From Alphaproteobacteria bacterium (lineage in GTDB: Bacteria > Pseudomonadota > Alphaproteobacteria > UBA828), in NCBI GenBank assembly GCA_965220745.1, contig CBDCQT010000011.1:480001-544000 (forward strand): a stretch of 64,000 nucleotides of DNA, in the 5' to 3' direction. Numbering within the stretch: the first letter of the stretch is position 1; every line of letters begins with the position of its first letter. Below are positions 39,013-48,049 of this stretch, in pieces. Both the position numbers and the translations under genes were made by a program. The notes below the pieces were generated by a model that saw nothing but the letters and a program-made list of their open reading frames with translations, was not told the DNA's origin and ran no database searches.

Positions 39013-39191
39013 TCAAGAGCGCACGGCGTGCTATGTTCTTGGAGGTACAATACCCCTATCTGCGTCGCGCCCAATCATCGTGAGTGCGCAGCGCGCTGTT
39101 ATCGACAGCGAGCGTCTCGCTCGGTCCATACCATAAACCATTCCTAAGTTAAGGCCATTCTCCAGGGCACCCGAGCGACGAGAGTTGCGGG

Positions 39192-39710
39192 CTAGTAGTC
39201 TGCGCGGTCGTCTACTGCGTGGCCGCGCTTCGGCACCAGCACCGTGCGCTCGTAAGTCATGAAGACGGTGCCGTCGGATTTCTTACCGGTCGTCTTGACC
39301 GTGACGATGCCCTGGGTCGGGCGCGAACGCGACTCCCGCGTCTCCAGCACCTCTGATTCGGCATAGATCGTATCGCCAGCATAGACCGGCGCGGTGAGCC
39401 TAATGTCGTTCCAGCCGAGGTTGGCGATCGCCTTCTGACTGATGTCGCTCACCGACATGCCGGCGACGATCGCCAGCGTGAGCGCGCTGTTGACCAGCGG
39501 CTTGCCGAATTCGCTGTGCGAGGCGTAGTGGCTGTCGAAGTGAATCGGGTGGGTGTTCATGGTGAGCAGGGTGAAGGAGATGTTGTCGTACTCGGTGAGC
39601 GTCCGGCCCGGCCGGTGCTCGTAGACGTCGCCCACCACGAAGTCCTCGAAGTAGCGCCCGTAGGCTTCGCGATAGCGCTGCTCGGCCACCTCTTTACGCT
39701 CCACGGCCAT
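39192..39710 (-). CDS. MaoC family dehydratase
   Basis: GRYFEDF.VG, TMNTHPIHFD, ANLGW, PV..GDTIY.ESEV; GGAGG RBS before ATG 39710. Confidence 0.9.
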   Translation of the reverse strand: MAVERKEVAEQRYREAYGRYFEDFVVGDVYEHRPGRTLTEYDNISFTLLTMNTHPIHFDSHYASHSEFGKPLVNSALTLAIVAGMSVSDISQKAIANLGWNDIRLTAPVYAGDTIYAESEVLETRESRSRPTQGIVTVKTTGKKSDGTVFMTYERTVLVPKRGHAVDDRADY

Positions 39711-39893
39711 TGCTCGATGCCTCCCAATTTGCCCCATTCTCTCGCCGCCAGCGCGCGGCGGGCCGGACCTTAGGGAGTCGATTGGCAGGGGTCAACGACA
39801 GCCGGGCGGCAGGCTTGCCGCAGAAGCGCCATTGATTATAGTCATGCCACGTTTGGCGGCAGTGTACGCCGTTCACGACAAGGGAGATGGAGA

Positions 39894-41537
39894 ATGAAGG
39901 CTTTGAGAGCCGGTTTAGTCTCGGCAGGTGTGGCGCTCGCCGCACTGACCGCAGCAGATGCGATGGCGCAAGACGGGCACGTCGCGTGGCACGACGACGG
40001 GTCTGTCGACCTCATCATGGAGGATGGCGCTGTTATCAAGACCTCGCGGGATGAGCTGGGCTCCCTGTTCGGGCCTGGTGAGAAACCCTTCGAAGGCACC
40101 ACGATTACGGTGCTGACCCTGGATTCCGGGCCGCGCGGCGGGATCTCGGGGCCCATTTTCAGCTTCCGGCCCATCTGGGAAGAGCTTTCCGGCGGCAAGC
40201 TGGAGATCGCGTTGACCCCGATCACCGACCTCTACGCGAAGATGATGCTCGACCTGCGCCAGGGCACCGGCCTCTATGACGGGATCATTGTCGGCGCCTT
40301 CTTCTACGGCGACCTAGTCGCAGGCGATTACATGCTTCCGATCGAGGAGTACATGGAGAGCGGCGAGCATCCGCAATGGACCTACGATTCCATGCCAGAC
40401 TCGCTGAAGACCCTGCACACCTGGGGGGACACCGGCTACGGCGTGCTCAACGACGCTGACGGCCAGGTGCTCTACTACCGCCGCGACGTGCTCAACGACC
40501 CCGAGCATCAGGCGGCGTTCAAGGCGGAGAAGGGCTACGACATGCCGGTCCCGCCCAAGACCTGGCAGCAGCTCCTCGACATCTCGCAGTATTTCGACGG
40601 CAAGAACTGGGATGCCAACGACGACGAGCCCGATAGCGGCACCGTGCTCCACCTCAAGGTGGGCGAGCAGGGGCACTATCACTTCCAGTCGCTGTCTGCG
40701 TCCTTCGCCATGACGCCAGGTGAGGCAGTCACCCAGTATCACAACGTCTACTGGTTCGACCCCACCGACATGACCCCGCTGATCGACAGCCCCGGTCACG
40801 TCGCGGCGCTCGAGTTCCTGCAAGAGCTGCACAAGACGGGCCCGGAGGCGCAGGTGGGCTGGAGCCTCGGCGAGGCGTGGGACTACTTCCTGCGCGGCAA
40901 GTCGGTGTTCGTGTTCAGCTGGGGCGATGTTGGCTCGCTTTGCCAGGATGAATCGCGGTCCAAGATCAAGGGGATCTGCGGTTCGGCGCTCATGCCCAGC
41001 TCGGACAAGTACTGGGATCATGAGAACGGCAGCTGGGTCGAGACCGATGACCCGCAGCCTGTCGGCAACACCACCGGCGGCTCGTGGCACGGCGTGATCT
41101 CGGCGTTCTCGGAGAACCCGGATGCCGCCTATTCGTTCCTCTCGCTGATGGCGATCAAGCCGTCGTCGAACTGGGGCGCGTATCACGGCTGGACCGGTGT
41201 CGATCCAGGGTATTACTACCAGTTCCTGGAGCCGCTGGGCGAGGCGAAGATCGAGGACTATGTGGCCGCAGGCTGGCATCCCGACGATGTCGCCGAGTAC
41301 ACGCAGGCCTACTACGACAACTTCACCGCGCCGACGATCCTCACCTATCTGCGGATCGAGGGTGCGCCCGAGTACTGGGACATCATGGACAAGAACCTGT
41401 CGGCGGCCATGAGCGACCAGAAGACGGCGGCCGAGGCTCTTTCCGATACCGCAGCGACCTGGGAAGAGATCACGGACCGTCTCGGCCGTGACAAGATTCT
41501 CAAGCAGTATCAGGAAGCGATCGGCTACGGCGGATAG
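39894..41537 (+). CDS. CUT1-type ABC extracellular solute-binding protein
   Basis: Signal peptide, YYRRD, PPKTWQQL, family-1 SBP features; first gene of the ABC operon. Confidence 0.85.
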   Translation: MKALRAGLVSAGVALAALTAADAMAQDGHVAWHDDGSVDLIMEDGAVIKTSRDELGSLFGPGEKPFEGTTITVLTLDSGPRGGISGPIFSFRPIWEELSGGKLEIALTPITDLYAKMMLDLRQGTGLYDGIIVGAFFYGDLVAGDYMLPIEEYMESGEHPQWTYDSMPDSLKTLHTWGDTGYGVLNDADGQVLYYRRDVLNDPEHQAAFKAEKGYDMPVPPKTWQQLLDISQYFDGKNWDANDDEPDSGTVLHLKVGEQGHYHFQSLSASFAMTPGEAVTQYHNVYWFDPTDMTPLIDSPGHVAALEFLQELHKTGPEAQVGWSLGEAWDYFLRGKSVFVFSWGDVGSLCQDESRSKIKGICGSALMPSSDKYWDHENGSWVETDDPQPVGNTTGGSWHGVISAFSENPDAAYSFLSLMAIKPSSNWGAYHGWTGVDPGYYYQFLEPLGEAKIEDYVAAGWHPDDVAEYTQAYYDNFTAPTILTYLRIEGAPEYWDIMDKNLSAAMSDQKTAAEALSDTAATWEEITDRLGRDKILKQYQEAIGYGG

Positions 41538-41634
41538 ACCAAGGCCATCAGGTAGGGTTTGCGGGGCGGTGCGCGGCTTGCCGTGCCCGCTCCGGGCCCT
41601 GCCGACTGCCGATCACGAAATTAGCTAGCCGGCC

Positions 41635-42588
41635 ATGATCCGCTGGACCAAGCCGGTCAAGTTCGTCTTTCTACTGCCGGCCGTCTTCTGGGTGCTGGCA
41701 TTCACCGTCTTTCCGCTCGGCTACTCGCTCTACATCAGCCTTCACGATGTCGACCGCAAGGTCGTCGTCACCGGGCGCGAGAAAGTGCCGGTGCTGAACG
41801 AGGCCGGCGAGCCCGTGCTCAAGAAGAGCGGCGAGCCGCGCACCAAGACGGTGGTGCATCGCGAGCTTCAGACCAATTTCACCTGGAACGGCTTCGCCAG
41901 TTTCATCCGCGCCTTCCGCGACGAGGAGGTGGGCTCTGCGGTGAAGGTCACCGCGATCTTCGTGTTCACGGCGGTGACTGCCGAGATTGTGCTGGGATTC
42001 CTGCTCGCCTTCCTCTTCCACCGATACATATTCGGGCGACCCGTGCTGCGAACGATCATGATATTGCCGATCTTCGCGACTCCGATCGCGGTCGGATACC
42101 TATTCTTTACAGTGTTTTACGAGATCGGCGGCCCGCTCGAATTCATGGGCATACCATGGTTATCCCAGCCCGATTGGGCTCTCGTATCAGTGATAATCGT
42201 CGACATATGGCAATGGACACCCTTCTGTTTCCTTGTGTTCCTCGCCGCCTTGCAATCCATCCCGGACGACCTGGTGGAGTGCGCGCGATTAGACAGCGGC
42301 TCGGCATGGGATCTCTGGCGTATCGTCGTGATTCCGATGATGCAGCCGGTCATTATCATCGTGCTGCTGCTGCGCCTGGCGGAGGCGGTCAAGCTCTTCG
42401 ACATCATCGCGACGCTCACCAAGGGCGGGCCTGGCATCGCCACCCAGTCCTACAGCTATCTGGCGTTCACCCGCGGCTTCAAGCTGAACGACTTCGGCTA
42501 CGCCTCGGCCATGGCCTACCTGCTGCTGATCGTGGTGATGATCGTAGTCACGCTCTTCTTCCGTCGCCTGAGGCAAACCTATGCTTAG
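41635..42588 (+). CDS. Carbohydrate ABC transporter permease
   Basis: WQWTPF..LVFLAALQSIP.DL.E.ARLD EAA loop, LTKGGPG. Confidence 0.92.
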   Translation: MIRWTKPVKFVFLLPAVFWVLAFTVFPLGYSLYISLHDVDRKVVVTGREKVPVLNEAGEPVLKKSGEPRTKTVVHRELQTNFTWNGFASFIRAFRDEEVGSAVKVTAIFVFTAVTAEIVLGFLLAFLFHRYIFGRPVLRTIMILPIFATPIAVGYLFFTVFYEIGGPLEFMGIPWLSQPDWALVSVIIVDIWQWTPFCFLVFLAALQSIPDDLVECARLDSGSAWDLWRIVVIPMMQPVIIIVLLLRLAEAVKLFDIIATLTKGGPGIATQSYSYLAFTRGFKLNDFGYASAMAYLLLIVVMIVVTLFFRRLRQTYA

Positions 42589-43489
42589 CGGGCTGGGCAA
42601 GTCGCTGTTCGGGCAGCCCGCCGGCGTCCCCCAGGCACGCGGCAAGCGCAAACGGCTCTGGTTCGCCGATGCCGGCTTCTCGATCATTGCGATCTTCGTC
42701 GCGCTGATCTTCTTCTTCCCGATCTACTGGGCGGTCTCCAACAGCCTGCGCGCACCGGCGGACACCTTCACGGTGGCCGGCCTCGGCGTCCCCTTCATCG
42801 ACTTCACGCCGACGCTCGAGAACTGGATCTCCCAGATCTCGACGCCGGAGGCCTACAACGCCTTCGGCAACAGCCTGATCATCTCCGTCTGCTCGGTGTT
42901 GATCGCGCTCGTCCTCGGCCTGCCCGCGGCCTATGCGCTGGCGCGCTTCCGCTTCAAGCGCATCAAGAACAAGGACCTCACGATCTGGTTCCTGTCGCAG
43001 CGGGTGTTGCCGCCGGTAGCGACGGCGGTGCCCTTCTTCATCGTCTTCTCCTCCCTCGACATGCTGGACACCCACGCCGCGCTGATCCTGGTCAACGCCA
43101 CCTTCATCCTGCCCTTCGTGGTGGTGATCGTGCGTCAGACCTTCCAGGACCTGCCGATCGAGCTGGAGGAGGCGGCGCTGGTGGACGGCGGCTCGCATTT
43201 CGTCGCGTTCTTCCGCGTGGCGATCCCGTTAGCACTGCCGGCGATCGCGGCGTCCGCGCTCATCATGTTCGCGTTCGCGTGGAACGAGTATCTCTTCGCG
43301 GTGATTCTCACCATCAAGGAATCGGCGACCATGCCGGTCCACATTGCGGGCGGCGTGGATTCGCGCGGCGTGCAGTTCTGGTTCGTGGCTGTGCGCTCAC
43401 TCATCGCCATGGTCCCGCCGGTGTTGATCGCGCTCTTCGCGCAGCGTTACATCGTGCGCGGGCTCACCCTCGGCGCGGTCAAGGGATAA
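42581..43489 (+). CDS. Carbohydrate ABC transporter permease
   Basis: NSLIIS, AAYALAR, ELEEAALVDG, AWNEY, IVRGLTLGAVKG. Confidence 0.93.
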   Translation: MLSGLGKSLFGQPAGVPQARGKRKRLWFADAGFSIIAIFVALIFFFPIYWAVSNSLRAPADTFTVAGLGVPFIDFTPTLENWISQISTPEAYNAFGNSLIISVCSVLIALVLGLPAAYALARFRFKRIKNKDLTIWFLSQRVLPPVATAVPFFIVFSSLDMLDTHAALILVNATFILPFVVVIVRQTFQDLPIELEEAALVDGGSHFVAFFRVAIPLALPAIAASALIMFAFAWNEYLFAVILTIKESATMPVHIAGGVDSRGVQFWFVAVRSLIAMVPPVLIALFAQRYIVRGLTLGAVKG

Positions 43490-43505
43490 GCGGAGAAGAC
43501 AAGCC

Positions 43506-44582
<1,077 letters not shown>

Positions 44583-44600
44583 TAGCCGCCCGTGGCGGCC

Positions 44601-44872
44601 TTAACCCGCATTTCTCACCAGGGTCATGGTCTGCGCGGCGCTGTCCGGCCGACAGGGTAGGAGCGGCGCGCAGCGCGATGCGGGGACATCGGACAAGCGG
44701 CGTGACGCACGCTGTCGGCCGGAGAGAGCCGCCCTTCGGGTCGCGCCCAGGCGCCCGCCCGCGGCGTCGCGGGCCTCAACCGTATTCCCTGATACGCTTT
44801 TCGGCCCGCTCCTGGCGGATCTAACGCCTGGGCGCGACGCAGGCCGTGACCCTGGTGAGAAATGCGGGTTAA
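44601..44872. mobile_element. MITE-like non-autonomous element with long terminal inverted repeats, bounded by TTAA
   Basis: Perfect 26-bp IR 44601-44626 / 44847-44872, extending to 35 bp with 2 mismatches; two internal IRs; no coding capacity. Confidence 0.8.
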
Positions 44873-45336
44873 TGGTCGTGGTCGCCGCTCCGGACCTCGA
44901 CCGCGACGCCGGTCGTGATGGCGCCCGAACGCTCGAAGGTGAAGGTGACGGGGATGGTTTCCTCCGCCATCAGCATGAACTTGAGGCCGACCAGCATGAC
45001 GTGATGTCCGCCGGGCGCGAGCGCCACCGTACCGCCCGCCGGCACGACGACGCTCTCCACCGCCTCCATGCGGTGGACCCCCTCTTCCATCGTGCTCCGG
45101 TGAAGCTCGACCTTCGTGGCGAGCGGCGTGCTGACGGCGACGAGGCGGTCGTCGGCTGTGCCATTGTTCATAATGTCGAGATAGATCACGCCGTTATGCC
45201 CCTGCGCCGCCGGCCGCGACCAAGGGTGCACGATCGTGATGTCGCCGGTCTTCTCCTCGTGCGCCTGCGCCGGCACCGCCGTGCCGAGAACGGCCAGCAC
45301 GCCGAGCAAAGCAGAAAGAGCCCTGAGCCGGACCAT
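44869..45336 (-). CDS. PCu(A)C periplasmic copper chaperone
   Basis: Signal peptide, PWSR, H-x10-M-x21-H-x-M (HRSTMEEGVHRM...HHVML), HDH tail; AGGAG RBS before ATG 45336. Confidence 0.9.
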   Translation of the reverse strand: MVRLRALSALLGVLAVLGTAVPAQAHEEKTGDITIVHPWSRPAAQGHNGVIYLDIMNNGTADDRLVAVSTPLATKVELHRSTMEEGVHRMEAVESVVVPAGGTVALAPGGHHVMLVGLKFMLMAEETIPVTFTFERSGAITTGVAVEVRSGDHDH

Positions 45337-45388
45337 CCCGTTTCTCCTCATTCGCCGTGAGGCATTAGACACCCGAAGGCAGCCCCGG

Positions 45389-46402
45389 TCACGGCTCGAC
45401 CATCGGCGCGGCCTCGACATCGGGCACGAGGCCCTGCGCCAGCGTCTCGCCCGGCACCTCGATCCGCTCGGCGGGGATCGCGAGCCGCCAGTCGTGATCG
45501 ACGGGGACTATGCGGGTGAGCCAGTCCTTGCCCAGCGTGGGCTTCCCGATGAGCCGGGCACCGGCGTGGCGGCGGAGCAGCGCCGCCAGCACCTCGGCGC
45601 TGCTCGCCGTGCCGGGGCCGATCAGCACGTCGATCTCGAACTCGCCGATGGCGCGAAGCGGCGCGGGCAGCGCCACATCCCTCGCACCCTCGCGGCCGCG
45701 CAGACGGATCGCGCCCACCATCGGTCCCGTGAAGAGGCTCGCGACCCGTCGCATCCGGTCGAAGTCGCCGCCGGCATTGGCGCGGAGATCGAGCACCAGC
45801 CGCGCCGGTGCTGCGGACGCATGGGCAACCACGGCATCGGCGATCTCGCGATCGGCGGTGCGGCCGAAGCGGTCGAGCACCAGGGCGAGCGCCCCATCGC
45901 TGCGCCGCTCGACCGCACTGACCGAGGGGACCGTGTGGGCGCGCCGGATCGTGTCGGTATCCGGGTGGTTCACCCGGACCAGGCGGACCGCCGGCACGCT
46001 GTCCGCGATGAGCAGCGCGGCGCAGCGAGTGCCCGCCGCCGGGCAGCGCCGCTCGATTTCCGCACCGAGCGCTGCGGGCAGCGCCGCGTGATGCTGGACA
46101 GCGTCGAGCAGGCGGTCGCGCGGCGCGACCGACGACGCCTCGGCAGCGACCGACGCGCCCAGCGCCGCGAGAGCCAGAGTTCCGGCGGCGATGTGGAGAG
46201 AAGCGGCCGTCGCGGTCCCCGCAACTCGTTTCGAACTTACCGGTTCAGAGCGGCCCCAACTGTTCCCACCTCCCCCTGTCCCCCTCCCCCCAAAGGGCGG
46301 AGGGGGGACGAAATGTGCACCGCCCGTTCTCCCTCTCCTCCCCGTTGGGGAGGAGAGGGCCGGGGTGAGGAGGGGAATCCTGGGCCGCACCGCGTGCGAC
46401 AC
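45389..46402 (-). CDS. S41 family peptidase lacking a PDZ domain; start uncertain
   Basis: LVLDLRANAGG, TASSAE (Ser), TLGK (Lys), GLVPD; the first ~50 codons overlap a boxC-like repeat. Confidence 0.72.
   Translation of the reverse strand: MSHAVRPRIPLLTPALSSPTGRRGRTGGAHFVPPPPFGGRGTGGGGNSWGRSEPVSSKRVAGTATAASLHIAAGTLALAALGASVAAEASSVAPRDRLLDAVQHHAALPAALGAEIERRCPAAGTRCAALLIADSVPAVRLVRVNHPDTDTIRRAHTVPSVSAVERRSDGALALVLDRFGRTADREIADAVVAHASAAPARLVLDLRANAGGDFDRMRRVASLFTGPMVGAIRLRGREGARDVALPAPLRAIGEFEIDVLIGPGTASSAEVLAALLRRHAGARLIGKPTLGKDWLTRIVPVDHDWRLAIPAERIEVPGETLAQGLVPDVEAAPMVEP
46263..46377. repeat. Two inverted boxC-like pyrimidine/purine hairpin units
   Basis: GTCCCCCCTCCCCCC-AAA-GGGCGGAGGGGGGAC and CCCTCTCCTCCCC-GTT-GGGGAGGAGAGGG-CCGGGGTGAGG. 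Confidence 0.7.
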
Positions 46403-46452
46403 AAGGACCGTGCGCCAAACGGGTACGACCCCGTTCGCGCGGCTGGTGGTCC

Positions 46453-47610
46453 CTAGTGGCAGTAGTTGACTGCGCCTGCGATGTGCGCGCCCCAGGGCTC
46501 CTCGCCCACGCCCTCGATCGTCGCGGTGACGGACTTCGCCTTCACGTCGATCACGGCGACCGTGTTGGCATCGCTCAGCGCGACATAGAGCTTGGTGCCG
46601 TCCGGCGTCACCACGCCGGTCTCGGGCGTGCCCGGCAGTGCGACCTCGCCGGCCGTCTGCATGGTCTCCAGGTCGATGATCAGCGCCTTGTCGTCGCCCC
46701 GGCTGATCACGTAGGCGAGGGTATCGAACCAGCCGGTGTTGACGCCGGTCATGTCGGCCGCGCCGGGGAGCCGCGCGACCTCGTCGAGCGTCTCGGTCGA
46801 GACCACCGAGACCGTCTCGTCGCCGTTGTTGGGGACGATCATGTAGCGCCCGTCGCTGGTGGTGAACGCGCGCCAGGGCGTGTCGCCCAGCGCCAGGTCC
46901 TTGAGCGTCCGGCCCGATTCCAGCTCGATTACGGCCATGCGGTCGCCCTCGCCGTAGGCCGCGAAGCCGAGGCGGCCGTCGGGCGTGGCGGTGACGTTGA
47001 TGATGCCCTGGTAAGCGGTGTCGTCGTCCTCGTGGTGCGCCAGCGCGCGGTCCGGCCCGATCACGATCTCGCCTGCGACCGTCGCCTGCGGCACGTCGAT
47101 CACGCTGACGAAGCTCGCCCCCAGGTTGCCGACGTAGAGGCGCTCGCCCGAGGGGTCGAAGGTCATGTTGTGGGGCTCGTGCAGCCCGTCCACGCGCGCG
47201 ACCTCGTGCTCGGACCCGAGCGAGACCAGCGAGACCGTGCCGTCGCCGATATTGCCGATGGCGGCCACCGCGCCGGAGGGGTCGAGCTCGATGTGCTCGG
47301 GCTCATGGCCGAGCTGGATGGTGGCCGACGTCTCGAGCGTCGCAAGGTCGATCACCGAAACGGTGTCGTCTGCGGTGTTGCTCACGATCATCTTGCCGAG
47401 GCTCTGGGAGACCGCGACCTGGTGCGGCACCTCGCCCACCGGGACATGCGCCACAACCGCGTCGGTGCGCGTGTCGATCACCGCCACGTCCGCCGAGGCC
47501 CGGTTGGGCACGAACACGTAGTTCGAGAGGTCGTCCAGCGCGTGCACGCTCGGCGCCGTCACGGCCAGCGCGGCGAGCGCACCGAGGCCCGCTGTCAACA
47601 GCTTGTTCAT
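46453..47610 (-). CDS. Secreted YVTN/YncE-type beta-propeller protein
   Basis: Signal peptide; repeats such as YVFVPN...VAVID, VSN..DDTVSVID, LYVGN...VSVID, TPDG.KLYV; C-terminal NYCH. Confidence 0.85.
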   Translation of the reverse strand: MNKLLTAGLGALAALAVTAPSVHALDDLSNYVFVPNRASADVAVIDTRTDAVVAHVPVGEVPHQVAVSQSLGKMIVSNTADDTVSVIDLATLETSATIQLGHEPEHIELDPSGAVAAIGNIGDGTVSLVSLGSEHEVARVDGLHEPHNMTFDPSGERLYVGNLGASFVSVIDVPQATVAGEIVIGPDRALAHHEDDDTAYQGIINVTATPDGRLGFAAYGEGDRMAVIELESGRTLKDLALGDTPWRAFTTSDGRYMIVPNNGDETVSVVSTETLDEVARLPGAADMTGVNTGWFDTLAYVISRGDDKALIIDLETMQTAGEVALPGTPETGVVTPDGTKLYVALSDANTVAVIDVKAKSVTATIEGVGEEPWGAHIAGAVNYCH

Positions 47611-47790
47611 TCCTTCCCCTCCTTGGGTTCGCGCGGGCGGTCGCCCGCCCCGCCGGCGGCGGCATGGACAGGCCGCCAGAATAGAAATCGCCGCAGGCAG
47701 GGGTCAAGCGCGCGTGCTGGCTCACTCCGAAATTCTCGCCAGGGTCGTGCTCCGCGCGGTCTTGCGCGCGCTCCATGGGACGGGAAACTT

Positions 47791-48045
47791 AAATTTCATG
47801 CGGGACGCGCCGGGATTATGCGGGATAAGTGCGATGTCGCGCACGCGCGTCCCGCGAGCCAGAGTCGCGCAAGCTCGCAGGTTCTTGCGCGCAGCAATTG
47901 GGGGCTCGCGCGCGAAAGAAGAGGCCCGCGCGGCATCGAATCCCGCTCGTTCAAATGCCCCGGCTGTCGCGACCCGCTTGCTCTCGCACGTCATGACACA
48001 ACGGTGGCCCGCCCGCCTCGCCCTGTGCACCGCACCATCGTCCGG
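47791..48045 (-). repeat. Dispersed intergenic element, copy B
   Basis: Reverse complement matches 7101-7167 and 7221-7256. Confidence 0.75.
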
Positions 48046-48049
48046 TGCG

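Noticed and set aside
42022-42295. Diversity-generating retroelement variable or template region
   Set aside because: No reverse transcriptase and no second near-identical copy in the window; the protein sequence looks conserved rather than diversified
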